Assembly (NCBI GenBank): GCA_038883795.1
Contig: JAVZLK010000021.1
Coordinates: 1 to 25,880 of the forward strand
Source of the DNA: Candidatus Bathyarchaeia archaeon
GTDB lineage: Archaea > Thermoproteota > Bathyarchaeia > Bathyarchaeales > Bathycorpusculaceae
Direction of reading: 5' to 3'
Length of the DNA: 25,880 bases
Below, in pieces: positions 16,362-24,651 of this stretch. A model generated the notes under the pieces. The model was not told where the DNA came from. It did not search any database and saw only the letters and a program-made list of their open reading frames with translations. The stretch's first letter is position 1. Every line of letters begins with the position of its first letter. The position numbers and the translations under genes were made by a program.

Positions 16362-18218
16362 ATGCGGTCTCCATGCTTGGCATCCTGCATTATTAAAAAA
16401 GGAAGCTGTCTAATTGCAAAAACTATTATGTTCTCTATTTTATTATCTTTGTTTTTCAGCTTAACTTTTCCGCAAAGTTATGCTTCTACTTCTACATACA
16501 AGTTTACGTACACTTTTTACGTTGAGACTGGTTGGCTATGGGAGTATTGGGAACCGCACACTCTTTATGTTTCTGTTACTCAATCATTATATGATTATTA
16601 TGAAGGGAAAGACCATAGCTGCTATTCTAATAGCGATTACTTGAAATTCATTACACCAGATGCGGTCCAACCTATCGCTGACAGAATTTGGAGTATTTGC
16701 CAAAGTCAATCCCACAGCGAGGAACAATTTGCTAACGCAGTTTTGATGTTTGTCCATCAAATCCCTTATGTAATAGACCGTCCAAAATATCCCGTGGAAA
16801 CTATTGTGGAGAATTCTGGAGATTGTGATGTTTTCTCTTTATTGGCTGCTTCTGTTATGAAGGCTAAGGGAATGGATGTGGTATTATTCGATTGGACAGA
16901 AGAGTCGCATATGAACATTGGAGTAAACCTTCCAGAGACTCCCGTGTATGCTAGAGGAGGCTCTGTATGGTACATAACCTACAACTCTAAAAAGTATTAC
17001 ATTGCAGAATGTACTGGATATTGTAGCGGTGCAAATGCTACCTCTGGATGGCGGGTAGGTGAATGCCCCGACGATTTAAAGCAAGCATCTGCAACCATAA
17101 TTCCTCTGAATAACGTTGAGATGTCTTCACCTGCACAAGTTTCGGCAAGCGTTGACGCTGATTTATCTACCTCATATTTTGCTACATTAGCTTGCTCCCC
17201 TCCGTCTCCCTATTATGTTGGGCAGCAGATACAGATTCAAGGCACTATTTCCCCTGCCCACGTGGGGAGAAACGTAGTTCTTTACTGTCGGAAAGGAACT
17301 GATTCTTGGACTGTATTGAGTACGACCCCTATGGATTCTTCTGGAGCTTTTTCATTCATAGTCGCTTTCAGTTCTGTAGGAACTTACTATCTACGTGCAA
17401 GTTGGAGCGGAGATGCTGACCATGAAGGCGCTGACAGTTCTATCCTCAGTTTTGATGTTTCTCTTGCGCCATCAAGCATATACATAACGTTATCTACTTC
17501 AACGATTTACGTAGGAGAAACCGTTACCATCACAGGGTATATATCACCAATTCACTCTTATCAAACCGTAAACCTGTACTATAGCATAGACGGAGAAGAT
17601 TGGCTTCTTTTGACACAAGTTTATACAAACATTGACGGTTACTTTTCCTATCAATGGGCTCCAACGCTTGCGGAAACTTTTTACATAAAGGCTGTGTGGC
17701 TTGGGGATTCCGACCATCAAGGCGCCACCAGCGAAGTGCAACCCGTTATAGTTAATAAAGCAACGTCGACGCTCACGTTGTTGCTATCTTCTTCCAGCAT
17801 AAACCTCGGGGACACTGTGATACTGTCAGGAGAAATAACGCCAATACACCAATATGCAAGTGTAGATATGTACGTTAGCGAAAATGGATATCAATGGAAC
17901 CTTCTCGCAACAGTAATAACGGACATGCAAGGTCATTACACCTATCAATGGACACCAACATCAGCCGGAACATACTACTTAAAAGCACATTGGTTTGGTG
18001 ACACAGACCACACGGAAGATGAAAGCAACATTTCTACGTTGCAAGTAACCTATTCTCCAACAAACCCAGATGACCAAGGAACACCAAATCCTCCAAGTCC
18101 TCCATCGCCAGACAACCAAGGTTCAGAGAGTTATATTCCAACATATCTTCCAATAGTTTTGGTGGCTGCATCCATAGTTGGAGTCGGTCTATTGCTAATA
18201 TGGCGAAAAAGGATTTAG
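16362..18218 (+). CDS. Cell-surface protein: transglutaminase-like domain, three Ig-like repeats, C-terminal anchor
   Basis: Signal-like N-terminus. GDCDVFSLLAAS...HMNIGV...YYIAECT (Cys-His-Glu). Three repeats ending ASWSGDADH, AVWLGDSDH and AHWFGDTDH. Pro-rich linker, TM helix, then RKRI. Confidence 0.85.
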   Translation: MRSPCLASCIIKKGSCLIAKTIMFSILLSLFFSLTFPQSYASTSTYKFTYTFYVETGWLWEYWEPHTLYVSVTQSLYDYYEGKDHSCYSNSDYLKFITPDAVQPIADRIWSICQSQSHSEEQFANAVLMFVHQIPYVIDRPKYPVETIVENSGDCDVFSLLAASVMKAKGMDVVLFDWTEESHMNIGVNLPETPVYARGGSVWYITYNSKKYYIAECTGYCSGANATSGWRVGECPDDLKQASATIIPLNNVEMSSPAQVSASVDADLSTSYFATLACSPPSPYYVGQQIQIQGTISPAHVGRNVVLYCRKGTDSWTVLSTTPMDSSGAFSFIVAFSSVGTYYLRASWSGDADHEGADSSILSFDVSLAPSSIYITLSTSTIYVGETVTITGYISPIHSYQTVNLYYSIDGEDWLLLTQVYTNIDGYFSYQWAPTLAETFYIKAVWLGDSDHQGATSEVQPVIVNKATSTLTLLLSSSSINLGDTVILSGEITPIHQYASVDMYVSENGYQWNLLATVITDMQGHYTYQWTPTSAGTYYLKAHWFGDTDHTEDESNISTLQVTYSPTNPDDQGTPNPPSPPSPDNQGSESYIPTYLPIVLVAASIVGVGLLLIWRKRI

Positions 18219-18271
18219 AAACAGAATTCCTTCCATTCTTTTCGACAGTAAGAAGACGAGGATATATATTG

Positions 18272-18296
18272 ATTTCAGATAATCGAATACTGAAAT
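18272..18296. terminator. Hairpin between convergent genes
   Basis: ATTTCAG-N11-CTGAAAT. Confidence 0.35.
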
Positions 18297-18358
18297 AAGC
18301 GTCCTTTGATTTATGAAATCTACAACCTTTTACAAAGTTATCTCAAACATGAACTATA

Positions 18359-21300
18359 TCATGCCTTGATGAAAGACTCCATATTTTTGTGTTTATTACC
18401 AGTTTTTAACAGAAGTTGCTTAACGATTCGGTCTATCTCTGAAATCTCGTGTTCAAGAGCTTCTTTAACTTCGGCTCTTATTTTTCCTATACTTGTGTAC
18501 TTTTGTTCGAGCGCGGGTATAATTTCTTTGACTTTTTTATGGCACTCTTTGCTTATTGTAACTAGCTGTTTGTGGAGTTCATTTTTAGGGTCATAACGCG
18601 GAATAGGAAGCTCAAGTACCTTTTTAACAATATGCCTCTCTCCCCATAGACCGCGGGACTGCATAGGCTTTATTAGTTTGTCAATTATTTGAGAATTTAA
18701 CCATGCGACTATATAGAATGCCTCATCTTCATTATTTGTATCATAATAGTAAGTAGTGTGAGCAGCCAAAATCCCGCTTAACTTAAGAATAGAATCATCT
18801 ACTTTTAATACAGTGTCGGTGTTCTTTATTACACATGCACAAAGATATGTTCCCGAAGTGTTGTAAACAACTTTAAATCTCGATTTCGGGTTTTGTTGGG
18901 TGAGTTTCTTTCTATAATCTAACCAAGAATAAAGGTTTACCTTTTCGGCTTTCTCTGCTCTCTTTTTCTTCCAGACATCTTCCGCTTGTTTTAGCCATTC
19001 TTTTAATCCTACGAACCCTCTGTCTCCCGCTTCTTTTGAAGTAACAATTCTGAATTGACTGCTAGCCGGTTCTATCGGGAGTACTGCAACAGGAAGTCTC
19101 GTATAATAGAAGGGAACTATCTCAGACCCTGTGACTACAAAGTATAGAAAGCGTGTTTCTACTGACCCTTCGAACCTTATATCTGCATACTCTTTCTTCG
19201 CTCTTTCCACGGCTCGTGTAGAAGTTCTCAAATGTGGGGTTCGGGGGTTCAGTCCTAATTTAGGATGTCTAACAAATTCAACAAACCAGAATTGAGAAGG
19301 AACAATGGTGGCTCCTTGAGAGAACATATCATAGTAATCGCTTCTAATACCAGAATCTATTATTTTCAAAACTTTGCTGAATTCGCTTGTCTCTAGAAAC
19401 GACCTGCCGCCAATTGTGTATAGCTGAAAGTAACATTTAGATAAAGTGAACAACTTGTGAGCTTCTTTTAGTTTGACATTCTTTCGAGGAAAAACGCCGC
19501 TGACCTTGCATCCTTCAACTGGAAATTTTGTTTTTCCTTTGGCTTCTCCAAAAACTACGCAAGAAGGAACCTTGAACAAAGGAGTTACATCTTCTAAATC
19601 GATGAACCCAGAAATGCAAGTGGTGTGATTATATGAAGCTGACCTAAAATTATGATGCTGGTCGCTTACAAAAATACTTCGAGGCATGACGAAACTTATC
19701 TTTCCTCCCTCTTTCAGATATAAGTCAGAAGTTCTGAGGAAGAACAATGTCGCGATTTCCATCTGTGTAATAAGCTCAACCTTGGCGGAGTCTAACAGAT
19801 GATAGTCGTCTATAATGAGCTTCTTGAGGTAATTTTGATAGTCTGTACTTTCTATGTAACGGTATGAAATCCATGGAGGATTGCCTATTAAGATATCAAA
19901 CTTTTGTTTCTTTAAGAACAAAGGTTTGTAAATGTTCTTTAGGATAAAACCCCAAACGGTATCACGTTTTATTTGAATCAGAGCAGCCATCGCATTTGCT
20001 GATTCGTACAATATCTTGGCTATCGCCTTTCCTTGTTTATCCTTTAAAAGATGCGGCACCCTTTGAAACAGAAAATTGTGAAAAGCTTCTTCATCAAGCG
20101 TCTCCCCAGAGGCAACGGTCCTCGCATAATCTTTCATGACCTCTACGCAAACATCAGTAAATTCCGGGTTTTCAGCCACTTCTCGCGGGATTCGCAAATA
20201 TTGAGAATCAGCTTTAATTTTGTAGCATTCAATTTGATTAAAAATCTCAACATCTTCGTCAGGAAGCCTTATGGAATTAGCCATATAGATGGGCACCGCG
20301 ATAGAACCTCGTCTTGCGTTAAGAAGGTCCGTGCCAAGAGATAAAAGATATGTTGTTCTAGAAAGTATGACTGCAAGCGGATGAACATCCACCCCTTGGA
20401 CGGTAGAAATTATCTCCTCAATCAACTCGCTTTTGCTCATCTTCTGACTCAGTAAGTCCTTTTTACGCCTAATAGTTGCTGCCAGAAAGGTTCCGGAACC
20501 ACACGCTGGGTCAAGAACACTTTCCTTTCCTGTTTTAACCATGTCGTTTACCATAAATTCTGCAAGCCAATCCGGAGTATAATATTCGCCTAAGTCATGG
20601 CGTGCTTGCGGGTCTACTAATTCTTGGTAGAGTCCTTTAAGAATATCTTCGTCCACTTTGGACAAATCATAAGAATCAAGTCTTTCCAAAATCATTCTTG
20701 TTGCTCTCAAACCGTCTTCTTCTCTAGCGACCCACGAAAAGAAGTCTTCCTCAAGAAAATTTTGAACACCCCATTTTTCGCTGAAGATTTTTCCCTCCAA
20801 GATTTCCGTAAGTTGCTCATCAGAAACGGGCAGAGCCCCTCCAGAGAAAGAAGCATATGCCAACAATTTAGCTAAAGTAGCAAGATAAGTATGTTTTATG
20901 AATAGCTCTTCGCTTTCCACACTTGAGCCGTAAACTATTCTAAGAAATTCCGCCCATTGGTCATAAAGCGTTCTTTCCTTGACTTTTTTCCAAGATTCTT
21001 CGAGAAGCGTTACCGTCTCTTTGTAAGCTGGCATATTAAGTCCAAATTCCTTTGAAAACTCTTGGGCTGTAGCTGGTTTCAGCACATGATAAAGCATGTA
21101 TCGGTCTAACCACAAGAAAGCGTGTCCTGCTTTAACTTCTGCTAGACTAACTCTGTCTATCTCGTCTAAATTCACATCATTTGGTAGAACTGTCTCTCCT
21201 TCTGGAATATTTGTTCTGGGTCTAAAAACAATGAAATTCACTCCGTCAGTGGCTATAGTAAGATAAGGTATCCTATTCTTAGGCTGTTCAGTCCAAAGGA

Positions 21301-21619
21301 TAGCTATGTATTTTCTTAATTCATTTTTGGCTTCGTCTAGACTTGCTTTGTCCAAAATTTTCTTAAACTCAACTATGAGATTACCTAAAAATGCGTCGGG
21401 TCTTCCTCTTACAACAAGGGTGGTTGTTTTAAGTTTTATGTGCTTTTCAATCTGCGGATACAAACTCTCAAGATAATCCATATCTATTTGTTTGAAAATG
21501 TCTCTTACAAATTCCAGAAAAAGGAAAGCTTTCCCTGCTTCAGAGCCTTGCTTATTTATATCCTCAAAATATTGTTTTAGGCGTTGAGAGAAATTTGGTG
21601 GTGCCAACTCAGACGTCAA
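18359..21619 (-). CDS. Type IIG restriction-modification enzyme (nuclease, N6-adenine methyltransferase and specificity region in one chain)
   Basis: N-terminal RPDAFLGNLIVEFK (PD-ExK), GEYYTP, VLDPACGSGTFL (motif I), GNPPW (motif IV), and a C-terminal target-recognition-like region. Confidence 0.93.
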   Translation of the reverse strand: MTSELAPPNFSQRLKQYFEDINKQGSEAGKAFLFLEFVRDIFKQIDMDYLESLYPQIEKHIKLKTTTLVVRGRPDAFLGNLIVEFKKILDKASLDEAKNELRKYIAILWTEQPKNRIPYLTIATDGVNFIVFRPRTNIPEGETVLPNDVNLDEIDRVSLAEVKAGHAFLWLDRYMLYHVLKPATAQEFSKEFGLNMPAYKETVTLLEESWKKVKERTLYDQWAEFLRIVYGSSVESEELFIKHTYLATLAKLLAYASFSGGALPVSDEQLTEILEGKIFSEKWGVQNFLEEDFFSWVAREEDGLRATRMILERLDSYDLSKVDEDILKGLYQELVDPQARHDLGEYYTPDWLAEFMVNDMVKTGKESVLDPACGSGTFLAATIRRKKDLLSQKMSKSELIEEIISTVQGVDVHPLAVILSRTTYLLSLGTDLLNARRGSIAVPIYMANSIRLPDEDVEIFNQIECYKIKADSQYLRIPREVAENPEFTDVCVEVMKDYARTVASGETLDEEAFHNFLFQRVPHLLKDKQGKAIAKILYESANAMAALIQIKRDTVWGFILKNIYKPLFLKKQKFDILIGNPPWISYRYIESTDYQNYLKKLIIDDYHLLDSAKVELITQMEIATLFFLRTSDLYLKEGGKISFVMPRSIFVSDQHHNFRSASYNHTTCISGFIDLEDVTPLFKVPSCVVFGEAKGKTKFPVEGCKVSGVFPRKNVKLKEAHKLFTLSKCYFQLYTIGGRSFLETSEFSKVLKIIDSGIRSDYYDMFSQGATIVPSQFWFVEFVRHPKLGLNPRTPHLRTSTRAVERAKKEYADIRFEGSVETRFLYFVVTGSEIVPFYYTRLPVAVLPIEPASSQFRIVTSKEAGDRGFVGLKEWLKQAEDVWKKKRAEKAEKVNLYSWLDYRKKLTQQNPKSRFKVVYNTSGTYLCACVIKNTDTVLKVDDSILKLSGILAAHTTYYYDTNNEDEAFYIVAWLNSQIIDKLIKPMQSRGLWGERHIVKKVLELPIPRYDPKNELHKQLVTISKECHKKVKEIIPALEQKYTSIGKIRAEVKEALEHEISEIDRIVKQLLLKTGNKHKNMESFIKA

Positions 21620-21772
21620 GGCTATTCCCTTATTCTTTTAGTATAATCTATTATAAAACATGTCAACTATAGAGATTTAAATAATTTGTAAATTAACAAA
21701 GAATTGAAGATGAAAAATTCTTAAGAAGAGTAACCTAACTTGACGGGATGTGTTTATCGCTTCTAGGGCAGA

Positions 21773-21967
21773 CTAAATAGTAAGGTCGCTTATTTTCGCT
21801 TTGGGTGCGTATGTCCTGACCGATTCTATTCCGTTCTTACATCCATCCTTTGACACGTAGGCTTCGCTTGTAGCTATTATCTCACCATTGGGAGCCTTAA
21901 GCCTAAACCTGAATTTCCCAGATACATCTTTAAATATCTCGAATTCCGCTTCTGGCATATCTTCCAC
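21773..21967 (-). CDS. YegP/DUF1508 family protein
   Basis: FEIFKDVSGKFRFRLKAPNGEIIATSEAYVSKDGCKNGIESVR. Alternative start ATG 21958. Confidence 0.93.
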   Translation of the reverse strand: MEDMPEAEFEIFKDVSGKFRFRLKAPNGEIIATSEAYVSKDGCKNGIESVRTYAPKAKISDLTI

Positions 21968-22097
21968 TCAGTATTTTATTAGACAAAAGTCAGTTATAAT
22001 ATTTTTCAAAGTAACCAAAAAGCTCTCAAGAATTAGACGTTTCTTTTTTATATAAATTCATAAATTATATATTTTGAAAATAAAATAACTGAAATGT

Positions 22098-22349
22098 ATG
22101 TTCGCAAAAGAGCCCTTCCCCAAAACAACTCCATTATGCGATAGTCTATTGAGAAATCTTGTCAATGCAGTTGAAAGCCCGACACCTTTTGAGCAAACTA
22201 AAGCTAATGGATGGTTGGATAAGCTTTGCAGTCGAAAATGCCAAATCTGTCTCAGCTGGTTTTATAGAAACTACCGTAATCATCCATCGCCATTTGTACA
22301 AAGCCTCGCAAAAAAGGCTTACCATTGTGAAATGTCTTTAAATCCATAG
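22098..22349 (+). CDS. Hypothetical protein
   Basis: 83-aa ORF after an AT-rich promoter-like gap. No family recognised. Confidence 0.5.
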   Translation: MFAKEPFPKTTPLCDSLLRNLVNAVESPTPFEQTKANGWLDKLCSRKCQICLSWFYRNYRNHPSPFVQSLAKKAYHCEMSLNP

Positions 22350-22464
22350 AAATTCCAAGTAGTTATATACCTAAACTCGCAAAAAGAAGAAAAACAACCT
22401 ATTTCGCCATTTTTCACTTCCCATGAGATTATTCGCCTTACAAGAATTGACAGCATCGTGACTA

Positions 22465-22770
22465 TTATTTTTCCTTCGAAGCTTTAGATACTGATTTACA
22501 TCTTTCACAGTAAAGTTCCGTAGCTATAAGGTCTCCTCCACAATAAGGACATTTTGGGTTGGCTACAGTAGGCGTTACAAATCTTTTTCTCGCAATTGGC
22601 AACGCCAAAAGGTTAACTGCTACCCAAGCAACTAAACCTTTAAAAATAATAGGGTCTATCTGGACCACTTCAAAAGTATGAAGAAGCAAAATCACAGACA
22701 AAACGCCCAAGTGAACTGAGGAAAGACGAAATTCAATCTTAGGACTTATATCCAGAAAAACTTTCTTCAT
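22465..22770 (-). CDS. Two-TM protein with a C-terminal Zn ribbon
   Basis: Two hydrophobic segments followed by CPYC...CERC. Confidence 0.75.
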   Translation of the reverse strand: MKKVFLDISPKIEFRLSSVHLGVLSVILLLHTFEVVQIDPIIFKGLVAWVAVNLLALPIARKRFVTPTVANPKCPYCGGDLIATELYCERCKSVSKASKEK

Positions 22771-22773
22771 TAA

Positions 22774-22941
22774 CTACCACTCCAGTACCGCTCCACAATA
22801 GGGGCAAACCCTAATCCCCCTCTGAATAGGCTTTCCACATTTTGGGCATCTTGGTCCAAAAATTGAAGCTAATATGGCTAAGCCTACTAAACCTAGAAAA
22901 AATGCAACAAGTGCTCCAATAATATCTTCGTCTTTAGGCAA
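22774..22941 (-). CDS. One-TM Zn-ribbon protein, 55 aa, not in the ORF track
   Basis: TTG start: MPKDEDIIGALVAFFLGLVGLAILASIFGPRCPKCGKPIQRGIRVCPYCGAVLEW. It ends 3 nt before the next ATG. Confidence 0.8.
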   Translation of the reverse strand: MPKDEDIIGALVAFFLGLVGLAILASIFGPRCPKCGKPIQRGIRVCPYCGAVLEW

Positions 22942-23001
22942 GGCTACATCATACTAAGAATAACTTAGGGCATACATAAAAGTTATTTTCTCTTATACTT
23001 C

Positions 23002-23500
23002 TCAGTTAATATTTTGAACTGCATTATTTATTCGTTGTTGTAGTTGATTAAGACATTGCTTTAGACAACAGTTTAGGTCATCTGCATTTTTGGCAATACT
23101 CTGTGCACTGCTTATAATTTTTTGTGTTCCTTTTCTAATGTTCTTCAAATACTCATGATATTTAAAAGCTTCAGCTATCGCTTCTTCAATCTTCTTATCC
23201 GCAAGAACTTTCCTTACATCCACTTGTCTCGTATTAAAAGGTTGCAAAGCCATGAGAACTGCTCTCAACGCCCCGTACGCTATTCTAAAATTGTCTCGAC
23301 TCGTCACCAAAACAACGCCCTCAGAACAAGGCTCAACCATAAACCCATTAGCCCCAGAAGGCATAACCTCCACAGCCAATATAGCCAACCGCTCACCCCT
23401 AACTTTCATATGCTTCCAAACTTGCTCCAAAAAAAGACCTACTCCAACCACTATGATTCTCCTTAGACTCTATAAAACCCACTTGCCAAGACTCCGCCAA
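23002..23500 (-). pseudogene. Truncated, frameshifted DUF2130/RmuC-like nuclease-coiled-coil gene
   Basis: FIESKENHSGWSRSF (upstream frame) joins LEQVWKHMKVRGERLAILAVEVMP if the T7 run (A7 at 23429-23435 on +) loses one base. A coiled coil follows. The N-terminus is missing and the upstream limit is approximate. Confidence 0.6.
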
Positions 23501-23546
23501 AATTCGTGTCCTTACAGATTTAGTGGTTCTGATACATGGAATAACT

Positions 23547-23985
23547 TCAACGTCCACAAGAGTAGTCTTGACTTAATGGAGTACATTTACCACTATTTGT
23601 GACGATGACTGAATCTTCTCGCTTATAGCCTTCATTACACTCAGTGCTGCAGGGGTGGCTTTGTATGCGTTTTCAAGCAACATTCCACGATTTGTCGGTC
23701 AGTTTCGTCATAGTTCTCGCTGGGCATTGCTGCAAATTTGAACAAGATAGTTTTATTTGGAGATTTGCTGCCGTTCCAACAATCCCTACGATCATGAGTA
23801 TCTAATCTCACCCAGATTCTCCGGATTGACCTATATCCAGTATTTCATATGAAGAAATGCTAAAGTTACCATTAGGTAATTTAGAGCCAGCAATAACTAT
23901 GTATATACCAGCTCGCTTTGGAACAGCATCAGAATCTTCATATGAACCGTCCCAATCGAGAATAACCCTTCAACTTTTTTGGCAT
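23547..23985 (-). pseudogene. GIY-YIG nuclease gene with three frameshifts
   Basis: Reconstruction: MPKKLKVILDWDGSY...VPKRAGIYIVIAG...EILDIGQSGESGVRLDTHDRRDCW...DRQIVECCL...PPCSTECN...GR*. Shifts fall in runs at 23966-23968, 23811-23813 and 23652-23655. Confidence 0.75.
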
Positions 23986-24210
23986 GGGGACCATTAATGA
24001 ATAGTCTATTAACTTCTAATAAAAATTGTGGTAAATAATTTGCGTGGCGGTTGTTAATGCTCATGTGTATGATCATTTTTATTAAAATTAACAAAGAGTT
24101 GTTTAAAAAGATGTTCTTTCAATCTTATTTGATCCTTTAACATACACGATTTTAGACACAAATTTTTTAAGATAAACTGTTCATGTACATTTATAGGTAT
24201 AACAATAAAA

Positions 24211-24250
24211 AATTATTTGAAAAGGAAGAAAAATATTTGAATAGGAAGAG
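24211..24250. repeat. 20-bp tandem repeat upstream of the wHTH-HD operon
   Basis: AATTATTTGAAAAGGAAGAA / AAATATTTGAATAGGAAGAG, 17 of 20 identical. Confidence 0.65.
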
Positions 24251-24280
24251 AAAAAAGGAGAAAAGGGAAGTGACTTCTTA

Positions 24281-24649
24281 ATGTGGACGTATACCGCTTA
24301 TATCTTATCAAAGTATTTAGCAAAAGAACCTAGTAAAGAGACTGAATTAAAATTTACAGAATTCGCTAACTTTGTCTTTAAGGTTCTATGGCGAGAACAA
24401 AAGCTAGTATTTCATGACAGCATAGAGGATCTGTTGCTAGACATTAAGTACCTTGAAAAATTGGGAATAGTGGCTCTTCGAGAGGACGAAAATTTGGAGA
24501 AAATAACAATAAGCGTTAGGGACAAGGTAAAGTTGAGACAAGCTGCAAAAATTGTTGAAGAGTCCGCCACGCTAACTGGGGTTGAGTTACTTAACACATA
24601 TGTCCAAAAAATTAACAAAGCTATAGAAAGCCTACCTGTGGCTCCGTAG
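24281..24649 (+). CDS. Small wHTH-like protein paired with the HD hydrolase
   Basis: FHDSIEDLLLDIKYLEKLGIV resembles a wHTH recognition helix and wing. 2-nt gap to the next ATG. Confidence 0.7.
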   Translation: MWTYTAYILSKYLAKEPSKETELKFTEFANFVFKVLWREQKLVFHDSIEDLLLDIKYLEKLGIVALREDENLEKITISVRDKVKLRQAAKIVEESATLTGVELLNTYVQKINKAIESLPVAP

Positions 24650-24651
24650 TT

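Noticed and set aside
3942-18358. Integron-like attC sites in intergenic hairpins (4009-4030, 18272-18296)
   Set aside because: No RYYYAAC/GTTRRRY ends and no shared sequence. Cargo genes are in mixed orientation and I saw no evidence that any recombinase is IntI-like. Terminators are the simpler reading.
12210-21741. Distant 11-mers shared between gaps (AAGCTGAAAAA at 12210 and 13622; TAACCTAACTT at 12233 and 21731)
   Set aside because: A few 11-bp matches are expected among several kb of AT-rich intergenic DNA, and neither extends.
23897-24094. 65-aa ORF on the minus strand
   Set aside because: It overlaps the GIY-YIG pseudogene out of frame and has no recognisable features.
1101-24618. 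Short antisense or nested ORFs inside the long genes (for example 1101-1391, 4448-6436, 7513-8062, 10279-11320, 20051-20875, 23122-23602, 24412-24618)
   Set aside because: They lie within well-supported genes, mostly on the opposite strand, and show no motifs or coupling signals.
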